A DNA stretch of 64,000 bases from assembly GCA_965261545.1 (NCBI GenBank), contig CBDHDF010000010.1, positions 576,001 to 640,000 on the forward strand. The letters are read 5' to 3'. Position numbers and translations under genes: made by a program. This document shows positions 38,091-49,496 of the stretch, in pieces. The stretch's first letter is position 1; the number at the start of each line of letters is the position of its first letter. Under the pieces are notes generated by a model that saw only the letters and a list, made by a program, of their open reading frames with translations, searched no databases and was not told the origin of the DNA. The DNA is from Bdellovibrionales bacterium. Lineage in GTDB: Bacteria > Bdellovibrionota > Bdellovibrionia > Bdellovibrionales > UBA1609.

Positions 38091-40268
38091 TTATAGTTTT
38101 TTAGTAAGTGTTAAAATATTTTGATCAACCTTTCTTCTGTAATGACAATCATCGACAATATTTTTGACAAGGTGAATGCCTAACCCTCCAATGGATCTTT
38201 CATCAATGGATAAGTTGATGTCAGGAGTATTGGCGAGGAGAGGGTTGAAGGGAACTCCATTGTCTGTAATAGTAATTATAATTTGCTTTGAGTAGAGAGT
38301 GCATTCAATAATCACAGTAGACTCACTTTTTTCATGCTCACCTTTATCCGCATAGGCATATTGTACAATGTTGCTAAGAATATCATCAAAGATAAGATTT
38401 ATTTTCATTAGAATTTCATTGAGAATTTGGTGTTCTTGAGCAAATTTCTCAAATTCATCAATGACATAAGTAACTTCTTTTATTGTACTTTTCATTTGAA
38501 TGGTTTTGGACGCTACAGGAGTGTCTTCTGAGCTTTTAATATATTTCAAGCAAAGGGCTGTGGTATCATCAAAAGGCTCTAAGCCATATTCAAATTTTCG
38601 AACATCTTCATAAAGGTCTTCCATGAATTCTTTTGCAGAAGTGACTTTATGGTCTTTTAAGAATTGAATCAATTTTTTTTCGGAATACATTTCATTGTTG
38701 TGGTTATGGGCCTCTGTGACACCATCGGTGTAGGCGAAAAGAGTATCTGCTGCCTTGAGGGTTCGGTGGGACTCCTCGTAGGCAAAGTCATCAACAATTC
38801 CAACCACAGGGCCATGGATTTTAGATAGTAATTCCACATCTCCTCCCTTATTTTTTATAAGGGTGGGGTTGTGGCCTGCGTTGGTATAGGAAAGCTGTCC
38901 CGTGCTAATATTGAGGACCCCAATAAATATGGTAATAAACATACAATTGGGATTTTCTTTGGCAATCTCATTATTGACATGTGTGATGATACTTGCTGGA
39001 GAAAAATCGTCTTGAGCGCGAGCTTTAAGTAGAGTGCGGCACACAGCCATCATAAGAGCTGCTGGCACTCCTTTGCCTGAGACATCTCCCACAACAAAAC
39101 ATAAGTGATCTTTATCCACAAAGTAAAAATCATAAAAATCTCCACCCACTTCTCTTGCGGGAATAAGCTTGGCAAATATGTCAAATTCTTCGTGTTCAGG
39201 ATAGGCTGGAAATGTCAGTGGCACCATGCCCATTTGTATATCCTTGGCGACATTAAGTTCTGACTCCATGTTTGATTTTGCGGCTGTGAGCAGTGTCAGT
39301 GTTTCTGCCAACTGAGAAACCATTTTATCAAAGGCTCTTCCAAGGGTGCCCAGTTCATCTTTGCCAACAATTTCACTTCGGCCCTGAAGATCTCCATTAG
39401 AAATTTTAACTGAGGCATTGACCAAGCTATTAATTCTTAACAAGACTTTTCTGTAGACCACAAAAAAGAGAATCAGGAGCAGGGCGAAGAGCACCCCTGT
39501 GGAGATGAGAGCAAGTATGAGGTAGAGTTGAGCCTCATACTGCACTGCACGAAGCTCCCTTTGGGTGCGCTGATCGATGTGTTGGTGAAAAGCCTCAATG
39601 GGCCTCATAATGTCAGCCTTGGCCTGAAAGTATTCTTGGTTGTGGAGAAGTTTTTTGGCAAGGCTGTGGCCCGAGAGGGTCCGTTCTTGACTTTTGCTAT
39701 TTTTATTGGCTTCAGTTTTGGTGCCTGCTAAATCTCCAGTGTTGGGTACATCCTCGGTGCTTGTTAGATCTCCATTGTTTGGTGCAGCCTCTATGGCTTG
39801 GAATGCTTGAGTTTCAATTTGGGTGAGCTTATCAGACAGCTTTTGGGCCTTCCAAAGGTATTCAATTTCTTCGGAGGAGAGGTTGTATTTTTCCATGAGT
39901 TTTTCCATGGAGACTTTCTTATAGGTGGATGACTGAAGTAAGTTTGTTTCTCCAGAAAGAACAAAGTCCCAGAAGGCTCTTTGATAGTTCTGGGGGCGCG
40001 GGGCTTTTCCACTCCGGATATTGAGGACTTGATAGAAATAATCTTTGAACTTCTTGTCGTTTGTTTCGACAAAAAGCCTGGCAAGGTTGGTGAGATTATT
40101 AGAGGACTGGAGGAGTTCGCTGGAGAGTTGGATGGAGTGAAAGCGTCGCTCCTGAACTTGGGATATTTTGGAAAGGGAGTTTTCTAATTGGATCGTGAAG
40201 AAAATAATGCAACAAGACACAGCTAAGGCACTGGTGAGGAATAAATAGAGTGTATGTTTAACTTTCAT
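38091..40268 (-). CDS. Membrane sensor: HAMP + PP2C/SpoIIE phosphatase + RsbW-like ATPase
   Basis: Two TMs, HAMP (DELGTL), VGGDFYD, GDVSGKG, NAGH, YTDGVTEA, DDTT; C-terminal N..YAY, D.G.PFNP, GGLGIHLV. Confidence 0.92.
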   Translation of the reverse strand: MKVKHTLYLFLTSALAVSCCIIFFTIQLENSLSKISQVQERRFHSIQLSSELLQSSNNLTNLARLFVETNDKKFKDYFYQVLNIRSGKAPRPQNYQRAFWDFVLSGETNLLQSSTYKKVSMEKLMEKYNLSSEEIEYLWKAQKLSDKLTQIETQAFQAIEAAPNNGDLTSTEDVPNTGDLAGTKTEANKNSKSQERTLSGHSLAKKLLHNQEYFQAKADIMRPIEAFHQHIDQRTQRELRAVQYEAQLYLILALISTGVLFALLLILFFVVYRKVLLRINSLVNASVKISNGDLQGRSEIVGKDELGTLGRAFDKMVSQLAETLTLLTAAKSNMESELNVAKDIQMGMVPLTFPAYPEHEEFDIFAKLIPAREVGGDFYDFYFVDKDHLCFVVGDVSGKGVPAALMMAVCRTLLKARAQDDFSPASIITHVNNEIAKENPNCMFITIFIGVLNISTGQLSYTNAGHNPTLIKNKGGDVELLSKIHGPVVGIVDDFAYEESHRTLKAADTLFAYTDGVTEAHNHNNEMYSEKKLIQFLKDHKVTSAKEFMEDLYEDVRKFEYGLEPFDDTTALCLKYIKSSEDTPVASKTIQMKSTIKEVTYVIDEFEKFAQEHQILNEILMKINLIFDDILSNIVQYAYADKGEHEKSESTVIIECTLYSKQIIITITDNGVPFNPLLANTPDINLSIDERSIGGLGIHLVKNIVDDCHYRRKVDQNILTLTKKL

Positions 40269-40739
40269 CTCAATCTAGCCTACTTGTTCATCGGGCCAAG
40301 TCGCCCATTTCGTCGATGCGTTCACCTAACCTCCTCAGCCTTGCCCTAGTTTTAACCTTTGTGGTGGTGTGACTGGTGTGACTCAAAATTTTAACCTTAA
40401 TCCAACCATAAGTAACTATGTAAATAACTATGAATGTCATAGCTTTCAATAGCTTTTTTTTAAATTTATTGTTTTTATTGCCTTGCGTGCACCTTATGCA
40501 TATACTTTTGTCTGTCCATAAACGCACATTATCCACAGACGGATTGACGGATGAAAATTTGACTGGCATTTTAGCTAAAGGTGTAGAAGGGCTGTATAGG
40601 GTCGTAAGGGTCGTTTTAGCTAAGGATTTGGGGGATTGATTGAATTGGATCAGGTCGAGGGTCGGTCGGTTTTGTTGTTAATGGACTGGCTTGTCATCAC
40701 ATGGAGTTTATGTGAAAGTGATTAGGGGAATCATTAGCT

Positions 40740-41159
40740 ATGGATAATACATTTCACTTTGATCTTAAAAAAGTTGAGGATTTTTCTAAGTTCATGGATG
40801 CCTTGTCTGAGTATCACGTTTACCATATCTCCAATATGTCTAGCTACCTGGATCTCAAAACTTGTCTTGAAGAGTTAATTATGAATATCTTTCAGCATGG
40901 TGGCTACGATGGGACAAAGAAGGAGCCTGAAGTTAAAGTAAGATTGTATAAGGACAATGACGAAATTGTGGCTGAGGTCACAGATAATGCCGCACCATTT
41001 AATTTACTCACCAGTCAGCACAAGGCAGATACAACGTCTTCCTTGGAGGAAAGGGCTCTTGGTGGACTAGGCATTCACTTGGTGAAGAAACTCTCCGATC
41101 GCTTGGAATACATACCGGTCGAACATGGAAATCGAGTGGTTTTGGCCAAGCATCTATAA
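40740..41159 (+). CDS. RsbW/SpoIIAB-like anti-sigma kinase
   Basis: EELIMNIFQHG, DNAAPFN, GGLGIHLVK, GN. Confidence 0.88.
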   Translation: MDNTFHFDLKKVEDFSKFMDALSEYHVYHISNMSSYLDLKTCLEELIMNIFQHGGYDGTKKEPEVKVRLYKDNDEIVAEVTDNAAPFNLLTSQHKADTTSSLEERALGGLGIHLVKKLSDRLEYIPVEHGNRVVLAKHL

Positions 41160-41180
41160 ATCTTAGATGAATGAGTCCCT

Positions 41181-42311
41181 TTAGGATAAGTCCTCTGGTT
41201 GGAGACGGGGAGAGGCTTCGTGGTTTTGCTTTGAAACTTCCCCTCGATTGAGTCTTTGAATGCCCACATAACCTATCATGGCGGCGTTGTCTGTGCAGTA
41301 GCGAAGGGGGGGGGCCATAAGATGGTAGCCATTTTTTTGAGCCCACTCCTCGCTGCGGGCTCTTAATCTTGAGTTGGCACTAACCCCCCCTGTGATAATC
41401 ACTTGGCGTTCATTGTATGTGCGAACAGCTCGGTCGAGCTTGCCCAAAAGGACATCGCAAATAGCCTCTTGGTAACTGGCGCAGAGATTGCTTCGTTGTT
41501 TTCTTTGGGCCTCTGGAGACATGAAGAGAATTTTTCGCTGGGCAGCGGCTTTTAAGCCAGAAAAGCTCATTTGAAAGTTATTTTCTTTGAGCATCGGGCG
41601 AGGAAAACAAAAGGCTTTGGGGTGGCCCTTACGAGCCCATTCATCGACTTTCACTCCCCCTGGAAAACCGAGCCCCAACATTTTGGCAAATTTGTCAAAA
41701 GCTTCTCCGGCGGCATCGTCCACGGTTTGACCCAAAATTTCATAGATTCCAAACTCGGGAACTCGGTAGAGTTGACTGTGACCTCCGCTGACAGTGAGGG
41801 CGAGAAAGGGGTATTTTAATTTGTATCGTGGCGTGTGGAGTTTATCTCTTAAGAAGGGGGCAAAAAGGTGCCCCTCCAAGTGATTGACCCCTAAAAAAGG
41901 TCGCTCTTTGGTGAGTGCAAGGGTTTTTGCTGTGATAAGACCCACAATGAGGGAACCCAGCAGGCCAGGTCGAGAGGTGACAACAATGCCGTCAATGTCA
42001 CTCCACCCTTGGAAAGGCTTTTTATGAAAGCCAGTTTCTTTAAAACCAGCCTTTTTGAGGTTAAGGCAAACCTTTTTAAAACAAGCCTCTATGAGGGGAA
42101 GAATATGGAGGGTGTGATTGCGGCCAGCAATTTCTGGCACAACTCCACCAAAGGGTTCGTGGGCAAGGTCTTGGTGGGCTGAGCACATGGACAGCACAAA
42201 ACCATCGTGGGTCACAATGGCCACTGAGGTATCATCGCAGCTGGTTTCAATGGCTAAGACCTGGCGAAAGGGTGGTGACTTCATAGAGGGAGGCTTGGTT
42301 GACTCATTCAT
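41181..42311 (-). CDS. tsaD: tRNA threonylcarbamoyltransferase TsaD
   Basis: IETSCDDT, HLEGH, SGGH, DDAAGEAFDK, CTDNAAMI. Confidence 0.96.
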   Translation of the reverse strand: MNESTKPPSMKSPPFRQVLAIETSCDDTSVAIVTHDGFVLSMCSAHQDLAHEPFGGVVPEIAGRNHTLHILPLIEACFKKVCLNLKKAGFKETGFHKKPFQGWSDIDGIVVTSRPGLLGSLIVGLITAKTLALTKERPFLGVNHLEGHLFAPFLRDKLHTPRYKLKYPFLALTVSGGHSQLYRVPEFGIYEILGQTVDDAAGEAFDKFAKMLGLGFPGGVKVDEWARKGHPKAFCFPRPMLKENNFQMSFSGLKAAAQRKILFMSPEAQRKQRSNLCASYQEAICDVLLGKLDRAVRTYNERQVIITGGVSANSRLRARSEEWAQKNGYHLMAPPLRYCTDNAAMIGYVGIQRLNRGEVSKQNHEASPRLQPEDLS

Positions 42312-42336
42312 AATGAATTCATATCACGAGACGTCA

Positions 42337-44832
42337 TTATTGATGCAAGGGTTCCCAGGTTTCTCTAGTCGAAGGTGTTTGTTTGGCTTTAATGCCTACC
42401 GGCTGGGTGAGGCAAGCCAAAGATTTTGCTTCTTTGGAGTAGAGTTTCTTATAGGTGTGAAAGTGACTTACAACTTTCTTAACATAATTTCTCGTCTCCA
42501 CAAAGGGAATATGCTCAATAAATTCATCTATATCTAATATTCCAAATTTGCCAATCCAATCCTCCACTCGATGGGGGCCGGCATTGTAGGCGGCTGCTGT
42601 CAAAGGGATGCTTCCTTTAAATTTGGTCAATAATCTTTTAAGATACCTTCCCCCCAAGCGAATATTCATTTTTGGTTCAAGAAGTTGGTTCTCGCGAAAA
42701 CTCTGGTGCTTCATCAATGAGGCGACTTTGCGAGCTGTATAGGGCATCAGTTGCATTAATCCTTTGGCTCCTACAGGTGAAATGGCCTGAATTCTGAAGA
42801 AAGTTTCAGCTCGCATGATAGACCAAATAAGCTCTGTGGGAATATCAAATTCCTTTGCCGTTGGATAAACAAGATTTTTATAGGCTTGTGGGTAGGCAGA
42901 AAACCATAGGGGCCCACTTCCTCCCTTGTTTCTTTCGCCTCTGAGATAGGTGGCACTAATGTAAGCCGATCTATGAAAAGATCCAATTTCTTCGTAAACT
43001 TTGACAAGCTTTTTTAGATAAGGTCTATGTTTGGTTCTTGTTTCAATTTCATAGAGTTCCCATCTGGCCCACTTCCACAGGCCCACCTTGGTTAAGCTCA
43101 AGGCTCGTTCAAACCTTTTTTGTAACTTATTTGGAGAGATCTTACCTTCACTGGGAGGTTGTATGGGAGATGAGGGTAGGGTTTCCATATTTACGGGGAG
43201 ACTTTGACCATTTTTCACCTTCGGGTTCACTTTGTGGTGGGAGATATAACTAGGGATGAGTTGGAATCTATAGTTGGCTGCCACAGAGTAAAAGCCTTTT
43301 GCATCATTATTTTGTGTGAGTTTTTGAAACAACTTATGGGCCTCTTTGTAATTCTTTAAGTGCATGTGGCTCATGGCAAGCCAATAGTTGATTCTTTCCA
43401 TGGGGTATTTTCTCCAAAGTCGTCGGTGTTGCTTTTTTTTCTTAAGAATATCGTTAAATTTTTTGATGGCTCCTTGGTGATCGCCCTTGAGGTATTGAAG
43501 CCAGGCCAGGTGGTATTGAGCATCTTGGCGTAGACCAGAGCGGCGGTGCACCCTTATGAATTCTTCAAATTTTTTTGTGGCTCCATCGTAGTCTTGAAAT
43601 TGATAGCTTAAGAAGGCTGCGCTGAAGAGAGCTTTTCTTCCCTGTTTTCCCTTTGGCTTAAGCTTATAGCCCTTGTAGTAGGTTCCTACAGCTGTGGGGT
43701 ACTGTCCCGCTTTGGACATGACCTTGGCAAGCAACATCAAGTAGTCAAAATCATTTTTTTTTGGCTCGTAGTACTTGAGAAGAATATTCATAGCTTTGTG
43801 AATATAGCCTTCATTGATAAAGAAATTGGCAAATATGGTGTCGACATCGTATTTTGCTTGAGGAGTTGTGGCTGTTTTTTGAAGTGCTTCAAGTTCTTCT
43901 TGAGCTCGCTTTGACTCTCCTGACCATTGCAGGCGGCGCACCCTCTGTGCTTGATCTTTAGAAGTGACGGTACAGCCAAGATTTTGGCCTTCATAGTTGG
44001 CTTTTTTCAGGTCGATATCCCAATCATAGATCAAGGCATGGGCTGGATATTTAATGTAGAGTTTTCGTGCCCATTGACAAGCAGTTTTTTTTTGTTTTCT
44101 TTCTTTTTCGATTTTGATGAGGCTCCAAAGAGCTTGGGGATGTTTGGGGGTGTTTTTCCATTTTCTTTCAATAAGGCGAAAATGTTTGCGAGCTATGGAC
44201 CATTGCTTTTTTTGGAGGGCGATCTGTCCTAGCCAAAAGTGGCTTTCATAGAGAATATTTGCTGTGGGTTTGGATGCAATGAGCGTCTGGAACTCTTGAG
44301 TGGCCACTTTGTAGTTTTGTCGTTTATAGGCTCTTTGACCCAGTAGGAAGTGATGATACGTTTTTCTTAGAGGGGATTTATCCTCTGCGATCCACTGGGG
44401 AATTTTCTCATAATGCCCTAATTCTTGGGAAACAAAGGCCATGGTAAAGGCTCGAAGATATCGATCTTCAGGACTTAAATCATGGGCTGGCATGTTTGTG
44501 AGTTCTTGAAAAGCTTCTTCCATGCCTGCTTGGGTGATGAGTTTTTGTACTTTAGAAAAGTTTTGGGAAGCACCTAGGCTGAAGCTTGGATTTATAAGGA
44601 GAACTCCAAGAAGTGTTCTCAGAAGAATTCTTGGAAGAATCCTAGAAAGAATTCTAGGAAGGTTGATTCCAAAGGAGGGCCAGGTCATACAATGATTGTA
44701 CTGCTCTATTTCCGTGAAATTAAGGCCAGATTTTTTTTGACATGCCCCTGCTCTGAATGAGTTGTTCTTCATACAGGGGTCGGTAAGATTAGAAAAAGAA
44801 GCTAGTTTGTAAGGGAAGATTATGTTAAACAC
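42337..44832 (-). CDS. Soluble lytic transglycosylase (Slt70-like) with TPR repeats
   Basis: IMRAET.F, GAKGLMQLMP, AAYNAGP, ETRNYV; true start probably downstream of 44832. Confidence 0.9.
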   Translation of the reverse strand: MFNIIFPYKLASFSNLTDPCMKNNSFRAGACQKKSGLNFTEIEQYNHCMTWPSFGINLPRILSRILPRILLRTLLGVLLINPSFSLGASQNFSKVQKLITQAGMEEAFQELTNMPAHDLSPEDRYLRAFTMAFVSQELGHYEKIPQWIAEDKSPLRKTYHHFLLGQRAYKRQNYKVATQEFQTLIASKPTANILYESHFWLGQIALQKKQWSIARKHFRLIERKWKNTPKHPQALWSLIKIEKERKQKKTACQWARKLYIKYPAHALIYDWDIDLKKANYEGQNLGCTVTSKDQAQRVRRLQWSGESKRAQEELEALQKTATTPQAKYDVDTIFANFFINEGYIHKAMNILLKYYEPKKNDFDYLMLLAKVMSKAGQYPTAVGTYYKGYKLKPKGKQGRKALFSAAFLSYQFQDYDGATKKFEEFIRVHRRSGLRQDAQYHLAWLQYLKGDHQGAIKKFNDILKKKKQHRRLWRKYPMERINYWLAMSHMHLKNYKEAHKLFQKLTQNNDAKGFYSVAANYRFQLIPSYISHHKVNPKVKNGQSLPVNMETLPSSPIQPPSEGKISPNKLQKRFERALSLTKVGLWKWARWELYEIETRTKHRPYLKKLVKVYEEIGSFHRSAYISATYLRGERNKGGSGPLWFSAYPQAYKNLVYPTAKEFDIPTELIWSIMRAETFFRIQAISPVGAKGLMQLMPYTARKVASLMKHQSFRENQLLEPKMNIRLGGRYLKRLLTKFKGSIPLTAAAYNAGPHRVEDWIGKFGILDIDEFIEHIPFVETRNYVKKVVSHFHTYKKLYSKEAKSLACLTQPVGIKAKQTPSTRETWEPLHQ

Positions 44833-44949
44833 AGAATCTTGATTCTGTTCTTAAAGCAATTTATACGAACAAAGAAATTCATACGCATTTTTAAAAATAG
44901 GATATAAGACCGCTGAGGTCTTTAGAGGCCGAGGCCCTTAGTCATAATT

Positions 44950-46359
44950 ATGGTACGAGCAAAGACGATTTATATTTGTCAGCATTGTGGAGCCCAGCAC
45001 CCCAAGTGGGGGGGGCAGTGTGGTGAATGTCAGCAGTGGAACACTCTTGTGGAAGATGTGGCGGTGAAAGAAGTGAAAGGAGGAGGGCTTCGTGGCTGGA
45101 GCATTCAATCCAAGGAGTCTTCACAGCCCCGTGTGATTCCCCTCAATCGCCAAATCACGGAAGACAGCCCCCACGAAAGATGGAAGACAGGCTTGGACGA
45201 GTTGGATCGTGTTCTCGGTGGCGGGCTTGTTCCAGGAAGCTATATTCTCCTTGGGGGAGACCCCGGTATTGGCAAGAGCACTTTACTTTTGCAGATGGCG
45301 GGAGGACTTGCCAAGAACTCCTGTGAAACTCTCTATGTTTCTGGTGAGGAAAGTGTGAAGCAGACAGCTTTACGGGCAAAGAGGCTTGGAATTCTTTCTC
45401 CCCATGTGCAAGTGGCGGCAGAAAGTCGTTTGGATGTGATTCTGGAGCTTGCCAAGAAGCATAAGCCCCAAGTGTTTATCGTTGACTCCATTCAAACCGT
45501 GTATCTGCCTGATATGAACTCCGCTCCTGGGTCTGTGGCCCAGGTCAGGGAGTGCTCCAGTCAACTTATGGGACTGGCAAAGAGTTATAACGTGAGTATT
45601 TTTCTTATTGGTCATGTCACTAAGGAGGGGCATATTGCCGGCCCCAAAGTTTTGGAACACATGGTGGACACGGTTCTTTCTTTTGAGGGAGATTCGGGTC
45701 ATCAATTTAGATTGCTGCGCGCTTTGAAAAATAGGTTTGGTGCCACCAATGAGTTGGGGGTTTTTCAAATGGACACCCATGGTCTTCGCGAGGTTTCCAA
45801 CCCTTCGGAATTGTTTTTGGAGGAGCGAGGGCAGCAGCTTATTGGTTCGGCGGTTTATGCGGCCATGGAGGGAAGTCGTCCCCTTCTATGTGAGATTCAA
45901 GCCCTCAACATTGCAAGTCCCATGGCCATGCCACGGAGAACCTCACTGGGTTTTGACACCAATCGGGTTCACTTACTTGCCGCTGTTTTGGATAAACAAC
46001 TGGATTTAGAACTTGCCAAGTCCGATGTGTTTATCAATGTTGTTGGAGGGCTCAAAGTGACAGAGCCCTCCGCAGACCTTGCTGTGGCGGCAGCTCTTAT
46101 CTCAAGTGCAACATCTCAGGAAATTCATGCTGAAAGTTGTTGGTTTGGAGAGGTGGGTCTTACGGGAGAGGTGCGCGCAGCGAGCTTTAGTGAGGATCGA
46201 TTGCGAGAGTCAGAGAAGTTGGGTTTTAAATATTTTGTTATTCCCCACTCCAATAAAAAGCATTTAAAAAATTGGAAGTTCCGTCAAGGAACTGTGAAGT
46301 GGGTGCGCCATATTTCAGAACTTCCAGGTATTATTGATGGGCTCAAGTTGATTTCATAG
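44950..46359 (+). CDS. radA: DNA repair protein RadA/Sms
   Basis: C4 zinc finger, GDPGIGKST, KNRFG, Lon-like C-terminus. Confidence 0.97.
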   Translation: MVRAKTIYICQHCGAQHPKWGGQCGECQQWNTLVEDVAVKEVKGGGLRGWSIQSKESSQPRVIPLNRQITEDSPHERWKTGLDELDRVLGGGLVPGSYILLGGDPGIGKSTLLLQMAGGLAKNSCETLYVSGEESVKQTALRAKRLGILSPHVQVAAESRLDVILELAKKHKPQVFIVDSIQTVYLPDMNSAPGSVAQVRECSSQLMGLAKSYNVSIFLIGHVTKEGHIAGPKVLEHMVDTVLSFEGDSGHQFRLLRALKNRFGATNELGVFQMDTHGLREVSNPSELFLEERGQQLIGSAVYAAMEGSRPLLCEIQALNIASPMAMPRRTSLGFDTNRVHLLAAVLDKQLDLELAKSDVFINVVGGLKVTEPSADLAVAAALISSATSQEIHAESCWFGEVGLTGEVRAASFSEDRLRESEKLGFKYFVIPHSNKKHLKNWKFRQGTVKWVRHISELPGIIDGLKLIS

Positions 46360-46414
46360 GTAACAGAGATGGTATAGGTGTAAATAAGAAGGTCGCTCTG
46401 TCTATCTACTCCTA

Positions 46415-47530
46415 TCATTGTGATATAAGAACCACATTCCAGAGTTTGTTTTCACTAGAGGCTCCAACACAAAAGATCATATCTCTGCGAGAATGTCCTA
46501 TATTCTGACTGAGATAACACATTGTTTTAAGTAGTGACGTCAAGTTTTTACCTAAAGAAGCTATTTTGAAAAAGCCGTCCTGAGGTTGATTGGGACTATC
46601 AAAAATAATAGGAAAAAAATTTCCAGTTTCTCCACTTTCTAAATCCACAATGGATTGTGCAACCCCATTAGTAAGACCTAGGGTGTTACTCACATTCAAT
46701 TGAATGGGGACAGTCACGCCCTTTCTCTCATCTATAATGGCACCTAGATAAGAACCTTCGAGGTCACGAAGAGTTATCGAGTTGATCGGGCTGGCTAATA
46801 GAACACCTTTTTTATTGTCTTTTACAAGACCTATTCCAGAAGTTGTTAAAAAAGCAGTGGCTTTGTTAGGAAGGGACAGCAAACCATTGGAGCAGGAATT
46901 CATATTTATAGTCTCGTTGGTTCCCGTGATACGATGATCAGACAGTCTGTATTTAAAACGGTGTGTGAAACTCTCTGTGGCAGAAGAATAGTCCATAAGC
47001 CCGTAACTACTAAGGTTTAAAGTGCTTCTTGATTTGGCGGTAGCTGTTGCTCTTGCTAATATCCAATTAAATGTGACCTCAGTCTCCGGACAAGTATCTT
47101 CAGCTATCATAGGAACAAGGACAGCGCCTGATAGGCTCATAAAAAAAAGATCTCCTGGAAGCTCTAAGCCATAGATGACTCTTCCCTCAGGGAGGGCATT
47201 GGGTCCTGAAGATGATGTTACAGTAAAGCCTAGAAACCCCGAACTAAGTTTTTGGTGGGTTCCCTCAGCAGTCAAAGAAGCAGGAGAGTTGGTGTTAGCT
47301 CTCGCCTCAAGAATAAAAGTGTTATTATCTTGAATGTGAATATTATAAATCAGATCTTCTGTCGCTCCTCTGTACTTGCCGCGGAGATTCTCTGGAACAT
47401 TTTCTTCTACACTTTCTTTTGTAAGTTCATTGTCATTTTGGCCACAGCCAATTAATAGAGGGACCATCATTAATGAACTTGCTATCAATGAGCTTGCTAC
47501 ACAAGATTTAAATTTTAGGTATATATTCAT
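46415..47530 (-). CDS. Hypothetical lipoprotein
   Basis: Lipobox LIGC; GGAGG RBS; beta-rich; no family recognised. Confidence 0.75.
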   Translation of the reverse strand: MNIYLKFKSCVASSLIASSLMMVPLLIGCGQNDNELTKESVEENVPENLRGKYRGATEDLIYNIHIQDNNTFILEARANTNSPASLTAEGTHQKLSSGFLGFTVTSSSGPNALPEGRVIYGLELPGDLFFMSLSGAVLVPMIAEDTCPETEVTFNWILARATATAKSRSTLNLSSYGLMDYSSATESFTHRFKYRLSDHRITGTNETINMNSCSNGLLSLPNKATAFLTTSGIGLVKDNKKGVLLASPINSITLRDLEGSYLGAIIDERKGVTVPIQLNVSNTLGLTNGVAQSIVDLESGETGNFFPIIFDSPNQPQDGFFKIASLGKNLTSLLKTMCYLSQNIGHSRRDMIFCVGASSENKLWNVVLISQ

Positions 47531-47647
47531 ATTTGTAATCCTCCGTTTTATTTTCTATTCATTTCATTTCCATTCAAAAGCATATGTTGTAATTTTTGAT
47601 AAAACAAGTCTAGAATTTCTATCAGTGGATTCAACATTCGATTTGTC
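47458..47647. repeat. 190-bp target duplication of IS1634, left copy
   Basis: GAGGGACCATC...TCGATTTGTC identical to 52821-53010. Confidence 0.92.
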
Positions 47648-47826
47648 CCGAGTTTGACAGCAGCATCTGCGTTAAAATGCGAAATTTCCAGAAATTGGGG
47701 TTGTACTGAAATATAATGGTAGCTGCTGGAAAAATTAAAATTGACGCAAAAAAAGTGTAGAAAACAAAATAGGATTTTATCGTTTTAAATATTGATATAT
47801 CATAGAAATATGTAGAAAATATCCTC

Positions 47827-49425
47827 ATGTACATCCAAACGACTAAAAACTCAAAAGGTCAGTGCTACTACCACCTTGTGGAGTCCTACAGAGAAAAAGG
47901 CAAATCCAAAAAACGCATGCTCATGTCCTTAGGTAAGGCTGGAGAAGGAGGAGAGGATAAGATTAATAGTTTGGCGCAGGCCGTATCTCGCCACCGAGAG
48001 CTTCTCACTGTGAGTCAATTGGCTAAGGAGCTTTACATCGAAGAGACTTTCATTTTGGGTCCCTTGCTGATTTTACAAAAGTTGTTTGATCAACTGGGTA
48101 TCAATAAGACCCTCAAAGACATAAAAGATTCTCATGAGAAAGTTCAATTTGATTTATGTAAGGTGATTTTTACCTTAGTTGCCAGCCGATTTATTGCTCC
48201 TAGTTCCAAGTTAAAGGTTTTTGAGTATTGGCAAAAATCTTTTTACCCAGACATGATTAAGGGTGATTTGAGTCTCCAGCATATTTATCGGTCTATGGAC
48301 TTACTTGCCTCCCATAAGGATGAAATAGAGAACTCGCTTTATTGGGTGGGGCGAGATTTATTTAATTTCCAAGTAGACATTGTGTTGTATGATTTAACAA
48401 CCTTACGCTTCGAGAGTACAAGAACAGACTTAGGGAAACTTCGTCAATTTGGCTATAGTAAAGAGAGACGATCAGACTGCACCCAAGTTGTCTTTGGTTT
48501 GTTGGTGAATCGGGATGGCATCCCTTTAGGTTTTGAGGTTTTCCCTGGTAATACTTTTGAAGGCAAGACGCTTTCAGATATTGTTGATAAAATGAGAAAA
48601 AAGTTTAATGTACGCCGTTTCATTTTTGTGGCTGATAGGGGGCTTTTATCAAAGGCTAATACTGACAAACTCAGTGAGGATCAAAGCGAGTTTATTGTTG
48701 GTATGAAGCTTGGATCTTTAAAAAAAGAAAAGAAACAAGAGGTCTATGATTTAAATCGTTTTAGCTGGGTATATGAGAATGAGCTTGCTGTTTACGAAAC
48801 AGACCATGGGGGGCATAGATGTATTGTGACTTGGTCTAGGAAAAGAGCAGAGAGAGATAAAAAATCTAGAGAATCCCTTCTTGAAAAGATCGAAGGAAAA
48901 CTATCTTCTAAAGGTGTTCAGTCTAGTACTTTTGTTTCCAATAAAGGTTATAAGAAATATGTAAAGATGGCTGACGACAAAAATAAAAAACCTGAATTAA
49001 ATGCAGAACAAATAGAATTAGATGAAAAAATTGATGGTTTTTTTGCCGTCCTTACAAATGTCAAAGACTTGACGGCAGATGAGATTATTATCAACTACAA
49101 AGAATTGTGGAAAATTGAAGATGCTTTTGGTGAGTTAAAAGGGACTTTGAAAACACGTCCTGTTTTCCATTGGACAGACCAGAGGATTATTGGACATTTA
49201 ACTCTATGCGTTTTAACTTATCTTTGTGAGGCCCACCTTACAAAATGTTTAAGAGATAAGAAGATGAACCTAAAAAGCCCAGCCATAGGCATTGGTCATG
49301 TTAAAGAGCGACCTTTAACTGTTGTAGAGGCCATGAGGGAACTCAAGGAAGTTAGGGCTATCCCTGTTAAAATTCGTGATCAAGTCATTTGGACCCGCAC
49401 AGATATCACTGGCAATGCCAACTGA
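47827..49425 (+). pseudogene. IS1634 family transposase, C-terminally truncated by IS256 insertion
   Basis: LYDLTT, FGYSKE, VADRG, WKIEDAF; the remaining 21 codons lie at 51258-51316 and 52745-52750. Confidence 0.85.
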
Positions 49426-49496
49426 GCCTGTAAACTATTTTGTGTAACTGCCGAATCATATTAGGATGAACTATCATCCTGAAAGGAGAAGGCAGA

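Noticed and set aside
40288..40639. Short ORFs in the phosphatase/kinase intergenic region
   Set aside because: Overlapping, low-complexity and motif-free; more likely a divergent promoter region.
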